A DNA stretch of 50,137 nucleotides, counting the filler, from Streblomastix strix (taxonomy: Eukaryota): the NCBI GenBank assembly GCA_008636045.1. It is 3 parts of 3 records of this genome, joined end to end, with 100 filler letters (N's around TTAATTAATTAA, not from the genome) between each part and the next. Parts side by side here need not be neighbours in the genome. Positions count along the whole stretch, not along the records: positions 16,757 to 33,404 come from SNRW01000779.1; positions 33,505 to 50,137 come from SNRW01000780.1; 1 more part is not named here. The stretch is one strand, 5' to 3'. Within the stretch, counting starts at the first letter, position 1; the number at the start of each line of letters is the position of its first letter. The position numbers were made by a program, and so were the translations under genes. Positions 26,018 through 39,900 of this stretch are shown piece by piece. The notes under the pieces are model-generated. The model was not told the DNA's origin, searched no databases, and worked only from the letters and a program-made list of their open reading frames with translations.

Positions 26018-27824
26018 TCAGCTCTCCTCATTGCCATCGCCACTGCGTTCTGATGCCTATCCACCTTCACCGCCACTATCTTCAGCTGTTCCACTGTTTT
26101 CTACTTCTTTTTTTCTGTTATCCTTAAGTTCAGAAGATAAAGCAGCAGAAAAATCATCTTCTTCGCGAATAGCTTCATGCTCTTCCAACTAAAATAAAAT
26201 TTTAAAATGTCACAATTTTCTTAAACAGCCAAAATAATCAAGAAGCAAACATATTCCAAAACTTCTGGTAACCACTTTCTCCTGAATCGTTTTCCTCTTG
26301 TGTCTTCCTGGTGCAATGCACCACGACCATTCTCCTCTGATGTATGTTGTTCGTCTTCGTACTGAAAACATAATATAAATAAAAAAATCATTCTAAAAAA
26401 AGCAAAAAAAATATTATACTCGCTTCTTTTTCAGCCTTTCGTTTGCTTTTTGATGAGCAACAGCAACAATATCTGAAAAATGGAGTTAACAATACAAAAT
26501 TGTTTTTTTTTAATCATATAAGAATTTAAATTAAGATATGAAACCTCTTGCAATTGATCTTGCCACTCTTTTCTTATCCACAAGAACTCCAATTTACTTG
26601 TTAAGCCAAGGGAAAAAGATTGTTTCGACTTCATTTTTTGTTGTGTTGGTGAAAAGAGAGCTTTGTGTTTGTATCCAGCGAACACGTGATGTAGTGGATA
26701 TGGATTGCATCTATAAATAACAATAAATGATGTGAATGTGAGTATTATTATATAAATAGAGTATTACATACAGCAAGACGTGCTTGATCATTAGCCCATG
26801 TTTGTTTCTGAACCTTCTTACGTTTTTTCTCCTCAACTGAAGCTTATGTATTTCTCCTATTCTGTTTAATATCATAATGAAAATAATTATAAATATAAAT
26901 ATATTAATTCATTATTCATTATTTATTATTCATACTCTTTCTTGAGCTCTTCTCTCTGCAGTATCTTCCCAACGTTAAATCTCAGCCAACTCTGCATTTC
27001 TAAGATGCTCATAATTATCCTATATATATATATATATATATAATAGTATAATGAATATTAATAATAATATTAGTATTATTAAGTATAAACCCTTCTCTGT
27101 CTGATTTCAGTCAATGAATCTTCTTCTGCCATCTCTTATAAACTCTATTCAAGTGTTCGTCCTACAATTAACTCTACAAATGGAACAACTTCATAATCAA
27201 AGTTAAACAATTCGGTTTCTATTATCTATATATGAATATATATGAATATAAATACTAATTAAGTGATATAAACTTGAGTAGCTTCATCAATTCCATAAGG
27301 AGGGGGTATATATTCAGGAAGAGCACCAGGAGGTGGATCTGATCTTCTTAACTACTCTCCTTATATCACTTCATAGAGATCTTCTTATTCATCAGCTGTT
27401 TCAACTGCTACTATCTTACTATCATCTTTTGATTGCTTCGTTGTTTTACGATCTTTAATAGGTGTTTTTCCTTTAGCTTTTGAAGTGGTAGATTTTTTAG
27501 CTGTTCCGATTGACTCTCCAAATTTACTCTTTTCCTTTCCACTGGTCTAAAATGCTATTTCTGTTAATTCAACAGGCTGATTGATAAAATAATATTATAG
27601 TAAATAGTTAATAGAAAATTGAAATATCAAACCCTTGAATATGTATTCCCACGATACACTCGTGGATCACTCATTAAGTTTAGATGACGTCTGTTAATAA
27701 ACATAAGAATATTCATAGAAATAATGGAAAAATTCAAAACATACTCTGGAGGTTTTCGATATAACTCGCCTCCAGCTACTGTGGTTGATGCACCACCTCG
27801 TGGTTTAGCACTTGTACTAGCCAT
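26018..27824 (-). CDS. RSP3: Flagellar radial spoke protein 3
   Basis: NLMSDPRVYRGNTYS; YIPPPYGIDEATQ..ELFNFDYEVVPFVELIVGRTLEQSLQEMAEE; RNAELAEIQRWE; EVETIFFPWL. Multiple short introns, TGA at 26020-26018. Confidence 0.9.
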
Positions 27825-28331
27825 CTATTAAAAATCAAAAAAATGTGAGTTAAAAATGTGATTTTCTTTGATGAAATTCCTAACTATTAATTTTCAATTC
27901 CATTTAATAATTTGGCTGTGTATTAAAAAATTAGTTAGAATGATATATTTGTCATAGAAAAATTAAATTTAATTGGAAAATAACTTTATAGATCACATAA
28001 ATAAAGCTTAAAAGAAAATATTTTTTACCGTCAATGTTCTAGGGTTAGTACTATCAAGATATAGCTTGTTTGAGTTTCATGCCTAATAAACAAATTAATA
28101 AAATTAAAAAAGTTGTTTGATTTTGAATTTGTAAGTATCTATGACGGTTGAAAATCTATTACAATATAATATTCAATTTTTAACCACAATTTGAATATAA
28201 TATCCTAGGATTATTGTAATTTTCGTATATAGTAAAACATATTCACTCCTATTATCATCAATTTTTGTCAATTACTTAAAATTAAACAAGTTTGAGTGGG
28301 TGTATTAGAAATTTTTTTAAATGCTTTTAAG

Positions 28332-29460
28332 TCACCCGCCTTCACCATAAAGCTGACGTCTGTTGAAGAAGAACTGACCAACATCGCGAGGAGGAAGTGT
28401 TGTTACAAGAATGCCATCTATTTCTACTAATGAGCGAATTTCGGAGTAAAGTTTGTCATATCTGATGAATAATTTATAGAGAAAACTAAATAAATTTAGT
28501 GAAATAGTTGATCAAACCCAACTTATGACAATTGGGGGTTTCGGCGAAGATCTACTTACTATAAATTGTTAGCAAAAGGTGAATCAACAAGATATCCGAT
28601 TCCAGTATCAGTCACTGCACAATTCCCCATCACAATTCTGTGAATAAGAAAGAATGATTATATATTTCCTTTGAAAATATAAATAAAAACCTTTAAATCT
28701 TTTTACAACTGCCATTCAATAGTTCATAAAGTGTAGAATCATTTCCAAAGCCAGCACAGAATTCACATACAAGTTCCTGTAATTCCAATCCCTTTGTAGC
28801 AATTGTGTGAGCAAGTAAATTATCTATATCATGGCCATCCTACTTCGAAGGTGTGTTAGAACTGACTTCTGGACATAGTGTGAAGTCAAGATAGGTCAGT
28901 TTGTTGCATTTCTCAACAATTTCTGAAAGTCCATCAGCTGTAAAGTTTGGATTGTCACCAACATTGAGCCAGCGTAGATTTTCAAGATGGGAAATATGGT
29001 GCAGAGCTGATATTAATATTTAGAATTGATTATATATAGAGAAATAAGAACCAAAATATACCTTGATCTGTTAGAGTCAAACAATTCCATGCATTAACAA
29101 CCTCAAGCTTTGGACAATGGTCTACAAGATATCCAATTAGCTCATTTGTTAAGAATAGAGAGTGTGACATGTTAATCTCTTTAATATTAGGAAGAGCTAT
29201 GCATACATGGTTAGATAAAACAAATTGAAAATTAATTATGTATCAAAGTTAAATCTCACACAAGCGACTAGTTTTTGGAAATAATATTGTCCCTCTGGTT
29301 CTGAAACTGAAACGCGGGGTGCAACACTTGCAGCTGCACGAACAGAAGTGTTCAATCTCTTGCTGACACGTCCAAGTGTGAATATAGATGATGGGCCTAA
29401 TTCATTTACAATTCCTCCAATAATTTGTGGAGATAAATCTTCTAAGTTGACTGGTTACAT
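28332..29460 (-). CDS. F-box and leucine-rich repeat protein (FBXL-like)
   Basis: N-terminal LEDLSPQIIGGIVNELGPSSIFTLGRVSKRLN (F-box-like). Cys-containing LRRs LPNIKEINMSH, CPKLEVVNAWNC, LENLRWLNVGDN, CNKLTYLDFTLC. About four introns. Confidence 0.82.
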
Positions 29461-30195
29461 TCTTTAATGTTAATTTAAATAATAATAATAATAATTAAAT
29501 AAAAAATATCTATTTTTTTTCAAATTGAAACGATTTAAAACTGGATTTTATACATAAGAAATTTGAAGATAAAATTTGTATGTATTAATATCATGGTCAG
29601 CAAATATTTGAATAATTTTACAATAAAAACATTTTGTATAAGTATAATTAAAATGTTTTATGAGTTAATGAAGATTAGTAATAGCGTTTTTGTCTAAATA
29701 TTTCAACAATTTCAATATTTAGAATATCTTTAAATAATGTGGTGAAATTTAGAAAAATTTTGCTGTTGGTTGAATGAAATTCATTTATAATAAATATATA
29801 TTTCTAAATTTAATAATTTATTAATATTTTTCTATTCAATTATGCTCAAAAATCTAATTATTTGTTTGTAACTCTGTAAGAATAATATAAACATGTTTAA
29901 ATATTGAATTTTGTTTATGTGATGCAATAATATAAGAAATATATAAAGTCATACAAAATTGAAGCCAGAAACACGAGAAATCAAACTTCAGGAAATTCAA
30001 TAAATACAGACTTTATAAATTACTATCTATTACTTAATTTTAATTGGTATTATTTTTATTATACCAAAAAAGTTGACGTAAAAAATGGAATTGATAAATT
30101 AATCTTTATTGAATTTCAAAAGAAATTCATTGATATTGAAATGAAACAAAGTAATATGAAGTGAAGGTCAGAATCCATATTCAAACTTGTGAATA

Positions 30196-31046
30196 TCAGA
30201 ATCCATATTCAGATTTGGCTTCTTGCCTCATTATTCTTTTTTCCTCTTATACAAAATCTTTATCAGAATTCTGCATCCCTCGATCCCTTTTTGTTTTCTC
30301 TTTTTGTGTGAAAGTTACTCTTTTCTCTGGTCTTTGAGCTGGACCAAGATGTTCTAACTACTCAGGAAGCCTAATTACCTTTGGTTACTAATCTTAACTC
30401 TCTGATGGAACTGGTGGAGGAACCACATTATATTTCTTAGCTGTTTCAGGTGAATCATATCTTGTTCGTTTTGTAGTTGGCTCTACAACTTTTTTCTCAT
30501 TAGCATCCCAAACTTGTTATGCTGTTTATTTTCTACCTTTATTCAAGGTTGTTGATTTGACTGCTTTATGATTTGTGACAAATAATTCGGACATCTCAAC
30601 TATTTCTGGCTTTTTTATTGATTATCCTTTCAAAAAAGATGGCGGCTCNNNNNNNNNNNNNNNNNNNNNNNNNNNNNNNNNNNNNNNNNNNNNNNNNNNN
30701 NNNNNNNNNNNNNNNNNNNNNNNNNNNNNNNNNNNNNNNNNNNNNNNNCTGTTTATTTTCTACCTTTATTCAAGGTTGTTGATTTGACTGCTTTATGATT
30801 TGTGACAAATAATTCGGACATCTCAACTATTTCTGGCTTTTTTATTGATTATCCTTTCAAAAAAGATGGCGGCTCGTTCTTTTCTGCTATAATTCTTTTA
30901 CGCTTTTTAGGCTCTATTAAAATCTAAAGTGATTATTAAAAATTAAATAAAAGCAAACGAGGTTTCTACAATAACTTTTCATCTTCTTCTTTATCATCAC
31001 TCTTATCACTATCAGACGAGTCTGCAAAAATCTCCTCAAAAGACAT
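30196..31046 (-). CDS. Conserved hypothetical protein, C1orf52/UPF0690-like
   Basis: MSFEEIFADSSDSD...PPSFL...YNVVPPP...TFTQKEKTKRDRGMQNSDKDFVQEEKRIMRQ...EYGF*. The frame is continuous once the 127-bp overlap across the gap is collapsed. Family call from remembered motifs only. Confidence 0.55.
30649..30748. other. 100-N scaffold gap with overlapping contig ends (30522-30648 = 30749-30875)
   Basis: The same 127 bp occurs immediately left and right of the gap. Confidence 0.93.
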
Positions 31047-31881
31047 TAACTACAAAATAAAGATTAGATAAAATATTAATACTCTTTGAAAATCAATTTT
31101 TTTATTAATTGGCTAAATTATTACAGTTTAAAGAAAACAAAATAAAAATGGATTGTATAACTTTAATTATTCAGTGGTTAATAAAATTTGCAATTTAATT
31201 ATAGTTTAGTTATTCTAGTGACTTAAATTAATTTGAAATTTAAGTTTTATATAAGTATATTGAAGAGAAATTTAATAATTAATATTTTTAAATGTACAAG
31301 GCGAATTTTATCCAAAATGTAAAATAATTTAATTATATTTGAAATATGTTAGTTATTGAGTGAAAAATATTCCATTATAAAGTAACAGTCAATTCAGAAT
31401 AAAAAATGTGAGTTTATTTTAATAATGAACATTTAATTCTGAATATAATTAATAATAATAGTTTCTTAATTAAAATTGAAATGCAATTATACGTGTAGAA
31501 ACAAATAGGATTTCAAATGTGGTAAAATTAAAGAAAATATTTCTTACATATTTTTAACGTTTCGCATTATTATTTTACTTTTAACATATATGAGAATGCA
31601 TTTAAATAGCGTTTTGTACACATTCAGAAAAATTTATAATAATATTTGCACAATACGCATAAATATGCAATTTTTACTAAATATTACTTTTATTTCAATT
31701 ATCAAGCCAATTACTTATCATTAAAATGCTAATTTAATTAAATATTAACTTATATTTAGTCGCAAAACCAAAATAAGGCAATATATAACCTTTTCAGCTT
31801 TTTTACACAAAATATTGATTTGCCTACCATTCATTTGTGCCATGCAAAAATTTAATATATATATCTTATAGTATTGTAGAT

Positions 31882-33404
31882 ATGAGCGAAATTTAATCTG
31901 CATCAATTAGCAGAGATGTGCAGGAAGCAAGAGAACTTTTCAACAACCATTAATATAATGAATGTCTTCTTAAACTTAAATAAATATTAAATATTTCTGG
32001 TGTTCACTTGAAAATAAACGCCAATGCTCTAAAGAACAACGCACTTATTGCTGCTTATAACAGAAAAAAGCAAACAGATCCATATTTTACTCTACAAATG
32101 TTACACAAAGCAATTTCAACTTTTAGCTCCTAAAACATATCATTATTCTTTGCAAAGTATAACATAGCATTACTTATGCTTCAATATGGATAAATAGAAA
32201 GTTCAAACAGAGCTCTGTGGGATATACTTGTTTCAAAGGACATTTCACAAAAGATTGAAAAATAAGAACCATACTTATTTTATTTGATTAACTACTTAAT
32301 AATAGAAATCTCAATCCTTCGATAATAGTCCGACACATATTCCTTCTTTCGCAATTTTGAAACTAAAAAATAATAAGAAAATAGAATATATGAAGACATT
32401 GAGAAAACATCTTTCTTAGGAATATTACAAGCATTGATCAAATTCAAAATTGATATATTAGATTAAAGAACAAATAGTTTTGATGAAGATTTATCAAATT
32501 TTAATAGATCATTGGATTCCTAATTCATGAATGAAAGAAAATAGACAATTGAACCACTTTAACTGTTCCTTAAGGCTTGTATACAACATACTCGAGACTC
32601 AAATCGTGCAGGTGCAGAAGAATCATTAAAGAATGCACTTCAGATATTAGAAGGAGAACCATTATCATAATTCAATTAAAGTAAAATATAAATGCCTTTG
32701 AACATACTTTAGCTTTTACAACCAACAATATTGCATAATTTAGCAATATTAAGTATTGAATCTAACTAGAATGAATTAGCAACAGTATGGTTTTCTATGG
32801 CTCTTGAAGAAAGTAAAAAGTTTATTGAAAGATTCAACACATTTCAAAGTATAAAAATTGCAAATATTGAATGTGATGAACAAATTACCAAATCAGTTGT
32901 AAAATCAGATGACTAATCATTACCTTATTTTCAAGCATTGAGTTACAGCTGTTGGAACAATCTCTTACATCATGCTGGAGTGCACTTACTCATCCAAGGT
33001 CGACCTTCTGTAGCATTTCCTCTGTTATATGAATGTCTACAACAGAATCTGACTGACTGTATGTTATGGTTGCGAACAGGGGAATCATGTTTGAGATCTG
33101 TAATTGAAGAGAGCTTAGAAGATGATGATGGATTATTGAATGAAAACAATGATGGAGAAGAAAGTTAATAATATCTTGGTGATAATAAAAGCTTTGCGTA
33201 ATATCCATATTAATATAAAACAAATGCTGTTCGACCAACAGTTAAGTTTGCCATAACATGCTTTTAGAATAGTGTAGTCCTTGCCTAGAATCAAGTTAAA
33301 GTATTGATTTAAGAAATTGAATAGCGCACAAGAAAGCGTGAAGATTTCAGTTAGAAGCAAAATAAGATATAATTTAATCTCAACTATCATTTAAAATAGC
33401 TTCA
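31882..33404 (+). CDS. CNOT10: CCR4-NOT complex subunit 10 (TPR protein), 3'-truncated by gap
   Basis: Intronless open frame with TAR=Gln. LHNLAIL...WFSMALEE and HHAGVHLLIQGRPSVAFPLLYECLQQNLTDCMLWLRTGESCL match the NOT10 signature (GxxLLxxGRPxxAF...LWLRxxEC). Confidence 0.82.
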
Positions 33405-33504
33405 NNNNNNNNNNNNNNNNNNNNNNNNNNNNNNNNNNNNNNNNNNNNTTAATTAATTAANNNNNNNNNNNNNNNNNNNNNNNNNNNNNNNNNNNNNNNN
33501 NNNN
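33405..33504. other. Assembly gap with artificial linker (N44-TTAATTAATTAA-N44)
   Basis: Same structure as the gap at 16657. Confidence 0.97.
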
Positions 33505-33948
33505 ACTAATTCACTATCACACATACATACTCATACCTTAATGATAGGATATCAATTTATTTTGACTTCTTTTGTCTTATATATAAGAGTGATTTTAGAT
33601 TTTATTAACAATTTTTTTATTGTTTTTCAAATTTTTATTTGTTTTATAGTTTTATTTTTAATATAATTCTTATTTCAAACAAATAAAATCAATATCTATT
33701 TAATAATTGTCAGATTTTCTATTTATTAGTATCTGATTCTTTAATACCAACCCTATAAACTTATGATGGTTGATAAATAAGAGCAATTGACACGAAAAAA
33801 AAAAATTAATGAAATTCTGGAAAAAAATTAAAATGAGTTGAAAACTGAACTATTATTTTCAAATGAATAAAAAAAATTCTAAAAATTCTAAAAGATTTAG
33901 CCATTTATACTAAAATAACTTACATTAGCTATTATTATATTGTTCTAT

Positions 33949-36900
33949 TCAATCCTTCTTTTATTGCTTATTTTGCAATGTCTTAGCAACATCTGGTAAT
34001 TAAAGAATCGCTTCTGCTGTGATTCGCCGAGAAGGATTCTAATCAATAAGTTATGAAGAAAATGAAGAAAATATATAAATTATTATTAAAGTTATAATTG
34101 AAAAAGTATATATAACAACATAAACATATAAAACAAACTTTATCCAACAGTTGATAAATCAAATCCTTTAATTCTTGTGGGTAAATTCTTGGAAGTTCGG
34201 CTGGTGGGAGGTTAACAACTCGGTTTATGAATTCCTAAATAGGAATATCACCTTCAGACTGAAATAATTAAATAAAATAAATAAATAAAATAAATAAATA
34301 AACATAAAATAAAGTTAAATGTCGGCCAAATATAAAATTCAAACTTTGAAGTCAAAGAATGGATGTCTCTAAGCTACAAGTTCGTAGAGCATCACTCCAA
34401 ATGCCCACATATCAACAGCAGCTTATGGATGAATTCTAATTGATATTATTAATAATAAATATAAATGAATATTAATTATCGATATAATACTACTAATAAT
34501 ATAAGTATGATTTAATTAACAAACTTCGGTTTTTCTTATTTTTCCTTCTCATTATCCTTATGTTTATGCTTATCCTTATCCAAGTGTTTATCTTTATCAA
34601 CATCTTTTTCTTTTATCTTTCTATTCTCTTTCTCATTCTCCTTTACTATTTATTTTTCATCTTTATCTTTATCTTTATCTTTATTGTTATGTTACTCTTT
34701 TACTTTATCCTTCTCTTTTTAAGTCTCTTTTTCTTATTCTTTTTCCTTATCTTTTAATTTATCATCCAAGTCTTTTTCTTTCTTTTCTTCCTTCTTATCC
34801 TCTTTTTCTTTCTAATATTCGTTTTTCTTCTTCTTTTCATTCCCTTTCTCTTTTCCTTTCTCTCTATTCTTTTCTTTTTCTATATTTTACTCTTCATCAA
34901 GATCTTTTTCTTTCTTATCTTTTTCAGTCGATTTTTCTTTCTTCTTTTCTTTTTCTTTCTCTTTATGCTTATCTTTCAAATCTTCATCATAATCCTTTTC
35001 CTTCTTATTCATTTCTTTCTCTTTTTCATCCTTCCTTTGTTTCTCTTTTTCTTTAATTTTATCTTTTAAATCTTCAATTTCTTTTTCTTTCATTTATTAT
35101 TTATCTAATTCTTTCAATTTCTATTTATCCTAATCTTTTCCCATCTTCTTATCTTTCTCAATCTTTAATTCATTATTATCTTTCACATCAACTTAATCAT
35201 TTATTTCATCCTTATGATGATGCATATGAACATGTTTATGATTGTCTCCCTTTGTTTTTTTATCTTTCTTTACTTCTTTTTCTTTCTTTTCTACTTTTTC
35301 TTTGATCTGTGTGTATTCTGTAACTCCATTCTTCTGAAGTTTCTCTGGTGGCTGATATTGCCTATAAAATTGTAAAAATTAATAAATAATTAAAATAATA
35401 TATATGAAATATTATCATTTAATTAATCCATAATTTGCACACCAAGTACCTGCATGATTTGTTGTGTAATGTTGACTTATTTATAACTGTCTAGCTAATC
35501 CAAAGTCTGCAAGTTTCACTTTGAACTAATCAGTAAGCAAAACGTTCTCTGGTTTGAGGTCCATATGCAATATTCCATTTGAATGAAGTTGGTTCAATGA
35601 TTAAGCAAGTTCACCAGCCATCTCATAAAATTTCTTAACGTAATAATTAGATGTCATATAATTAGAAATTAAATAATAAAAATATTTAATTGATATTTTA
35701 TTATCAATTTTCACATACTTCAATGATAATCTGCATTCCAGTCTTCTTCATTTTATTGATATAATTTCTCAGATCTCCTTCTGGACAATATTCAAGTACA
35801 ATGTAAGCTTTATAATCTTCTTCATTGAAAAAGTACCCAAGCATTTTAACAATGTGAATGTCTGACAAATTTGAAACTTATTTTCTCAATGTATTGCTAA
35901 CATTTATCATTATGTTAATTTCCTCAATCACTTATTACTTTTCTTCATTAGAATAATATTCACACTCTTTCACAGCTACTTCTAATGATGTTGACCCTTC
36001 TGTCATATGCCAAACCGTTCCAAATCCACCTTTTCCAAGTTAATTTCCTCGGCTAACTTAAATATATGTTATATAAAGAAGAAAACAGAAATGTATAGAA
36101 AAAATATAATTAATACAGGAATTATAAATTTCTCATACAGTCTGACTTTTTCCAGTTTGTGTTCAATTATACATCAGAATGTGATAATAAAGATAGTAAT
36201 TGATATTATGATTATGATTGGAGAAATTTCGTGGCACGATATTGATCAATACTATCATTTGTATAATTTTATGAGTTAATAAAATTCTATTAGGGATATA
36301 CAGTAGAAATATTATTATTGGTTTCAAACCAACTATTTTATTTTGTTTTTGCAATTTAATGAGAAAATGAAGAATTATCTTTTTGATTTTATTCATTTTC
36401 TTCTTATTTTAATGATTATTACTATATTTATGAATTATCATCTTATATATTTTATTATTATTAGTTTAATTCAGAATCTGGTGTGTGTTGGATTTGAATT
36501 TCAGATTATGGAGATTCTGAACAATTTAGAGAATTTGATGATTGCTATGAAGAAAGAGAAAAAGAAGATGACCATTACTTATTGATTCCCATAGAATTGA
36601 TAATGATATTAAATAGATCCTGTTTATCATTATGTTTTTCTGTGATGTGTTAAATCATCTCATTTGATTACTCTTACTACTAACAGAATGGGCACAATAC
36701 AGTTTAATCTTTTTAATCAGTTTGTAACATGTTCATTAACTCTTGAATACTTTTGATTAATTCTTATCCATCCTCATGAGTTTATAAGTGAATGATTATC
36801 CTGTTTGAAGGGAAACTTTCATTGCATAAATGGCATTATATGATACTATTACTTTCTGTACTGTCATTTTCATTTCTTTTATCTTTCTAATTCTCTAATA

Positions 36901-39900
36901 TTTATTATCTATTTTTCAGTTCTTGAATTCTTCTATTTAATAATTCTCTTTATTTATTAAATTTCTTCTTAATTACCTCTTCCATGCTTCTGACATTTTC
37001 ATGCGTCTCCAATATATCTTAATATTCTTCTAATTCATTATTTGAAGTGTGTTTAATTTCAATATGTTATTCAATCTTATTCACTTCAAACTCTTCATTA
37101 CAACATGGACACACTATTTCAACATCTTTATTATCAATTTCCTTCTGCTAAATAGCTTTGAATATAGCTTATGTTTCTCTGTAGTATAAACCCCATCCAA
37201 TATCTTCTGCTTTGAGATGCTTCAATATTTCTGATTAATTTATATCTTCTTCACAATATGGACATTCAACTGGAATTTTATCATATTCTTATTTTTCATA
37301 TTTATCAATTTATTGTAATTCATTATTCATTTTCTTTAGTTGTTTCTCAGTATTTTTCTTTTCTTCTTTTTCTTTTTGTTTTTATTCTTTTTGTTATTTT
37401 TATTCATACTTCTCAGTTAAACTCAATGTCAACTCAATATTACGATTAATATTATTAAATTATTCTTTTTCTTCATCATGTGTTTAATTCACATGATCTT
37501 TAATCTTTGATATTTGTATTTAACTCAAACAGAATGGACATTCAACTTTTATACCCTTTTTAATTGTATTAAAACCAAGAAATCTTGATGTATGCTATTT
37601 AATGGCTAATGTTATATTTTTAATGTCTTAATAGATCTTTTCATTGTCAGGATGTGAGGTATGAATATGATCTTAAATCTCACTTGCAATTGTGGTGATA
37701 TTGCAAAATGGACAAAGAATTCTTCCTTCTTTAAATTATCGATTCTGTTCTAATTTTCTTTTCTTTCTTTCATATTCAATTATCTCTGATTCCAACTCAT
37801 AATTATGATTAATATTATCAAATAAGTCATCATCTTCTCCTTTATGTGTATAATTCACATGTTTTGCAATCAAGGAAGCATCTATTTAACTTTGGCAGAA
37901 GGGACATTGTATAACTTTCCCTTTTCTAATTGAATCAAATCCCCAAAATTTTTTATATGATTCTTATTTTATAATTGATTATATGTTTCTAATATCTTAA
38001 TATAACTTTTCTCTATCAGGATGTGTTTCATGAATATGATCTGATATTTCAAAGTATAAATAGTTTTCATTGCAAAATGGACATTGAATTCCTTCTTCTC
38101 CATTTCTTCTTAATTATATTTGATGATCATCAAAATGAGCTTAATACAAACAGTATGGAATTTTCTCATTACATTACTCACACATTATTGGAGTTTAATC
38201 CTTTTCCCTATCAGGAGTAATTGATATGATATGTGTGATATTTTCTTATTTGTCTGTTGAAATCTTCTCTTATTCTTTTTCTTATTAATTATTTTATATA
38301 TTTTGAGATAGTAATTAAATTCTTGCACTATCCTATTATTCAAATTAATTAATTCCTATTGTATGCTAGATCTCATTTTAAAGGTTATTTTAGTTATTAT
38401 TTGGAATGAGAATTGATGGGAATTAATTTGAAGGATTATCCAAATCATTTTATGTTTATATTGATTATTTCTATTGTTATTATTAAGGATTGGTTTGAGA
38501 AGCAAGAATTTTCTTTTCTTCAGCTTCAGGATCAATATTCAGGAATATCTGTTTGATAATATGAAATATATATAATTATAATAATTATAAATAAATAATT
38601 AAATAAAATAATAATTCAATATAAATTATTTTGCCAAATTATCACCTTTATTTCAGGAGTTGGAACAATAAAAGTTTAATCTAAATCAAATTATGTAATC
38701 TTCTTATCTCCATTCTTAAATGCAACAGCAGCTGTTTTAAGTGGTTAATAATTTATATGCAAATTATTTTATTAATAAGTAATTTAATTAATATTTCAAA
38801 TTCATACAATTTGCTGCAATAATTCTTGAAGCGTCACTTATTTCAGCGAGTGCTTGTGGTGCTTTAAAATTATTTATAATTTAAAACATAGAAAATTAAT
38901 AAGCATATTCAAGTATAGAGTAAATATTAAAAAATAAACATATATATCTTTTCTAATATTCATACAAGTGAAGAACGGATGTAAAAGTGCTTCAGCAGCT
39001 GACAATCTTTTAATTGGATCAAACTCAAGAAGTTTAGAAATAAGGTCCCAAAGAATGTCATCTTTTATTTCTAAAGGTCTTTCTATACTTTTCATATGGC
39101 GCATCTTCCTGAAATCATAATAAAAATATGTATAAAATAAAATAAATTGTGAATTAATAAATTAACTGAATAATTTAATAAATAATAAGTAATTATAAAA
39201 TAACTTTTAGAACTTATGATTAGTTTTTGCCTTAATTGGATATTCATGTGTTGCAAGTTGGAAGAGTACAACACCATATGACCACATATCAACCTAAAAA
39301 AATGGAATAATGAATATTAATAAATTAATATTATATATTAATAAATGAATATTATATTTTAGTTGAATGAATAATGAATATTAATAAATGAATTCTAATA
39401 ATTAGTTATATGTAATACCTTGTTGGTTATGACTTGATAATTCAATATTATTTCTGGAGCCTGAAAGGATTATAAAGGAAAATAATAAAAAAGCAAAAAT
39501 AGAATCAAAGTTCAATATTTTTGTAAATTTAATTAATTTATACTATATTTAATAGATTTCCACAAGATTCTTCTTCCAAATTATTATTTAATACAGTCTA
39601 AACAGTTTCAAAATCAGCAATTTTGACCTTTATGCTTCCTAGCATTTAGATTAACAAATTTATTTAATAAAAAATTCAGTTATAATTATTTCCTACTTTT
39701 TAACATACCATTTGAAGAGTGCATCAAAATATTCTCAGCTTTGATATTCCTAACAAATTAAATACAATATAAAAAATAATTAAATTGATGAAAATTTTTT
39801 TATTTTATGTTTTCAACCATCATACCTATGGATTAATCCTAATTTATGTATCATCTGAATACCTTCCACTGAATTAATATATAAAATAAAATTGTAACAA

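Noticed and set aside
27021..27042. (AT)n microsatellites (also ~10107-10123)
   Set aside because: Ordinary intronic simple repeats in an AT-rich genome.
30522..30875. 127-bp direct repeat
   Set aside because: Identical copies abut a 100-N gap and collapsing them restores the reading frame; an unmerged contig overlap.
34560..34757. Very hydrophobic plus-strand ORF resembling a membrane protein (also 16374-16592, 12994-13179)
   Set aside because: Antisense mirror of K/E/D-rich coding sequence on the other strand.
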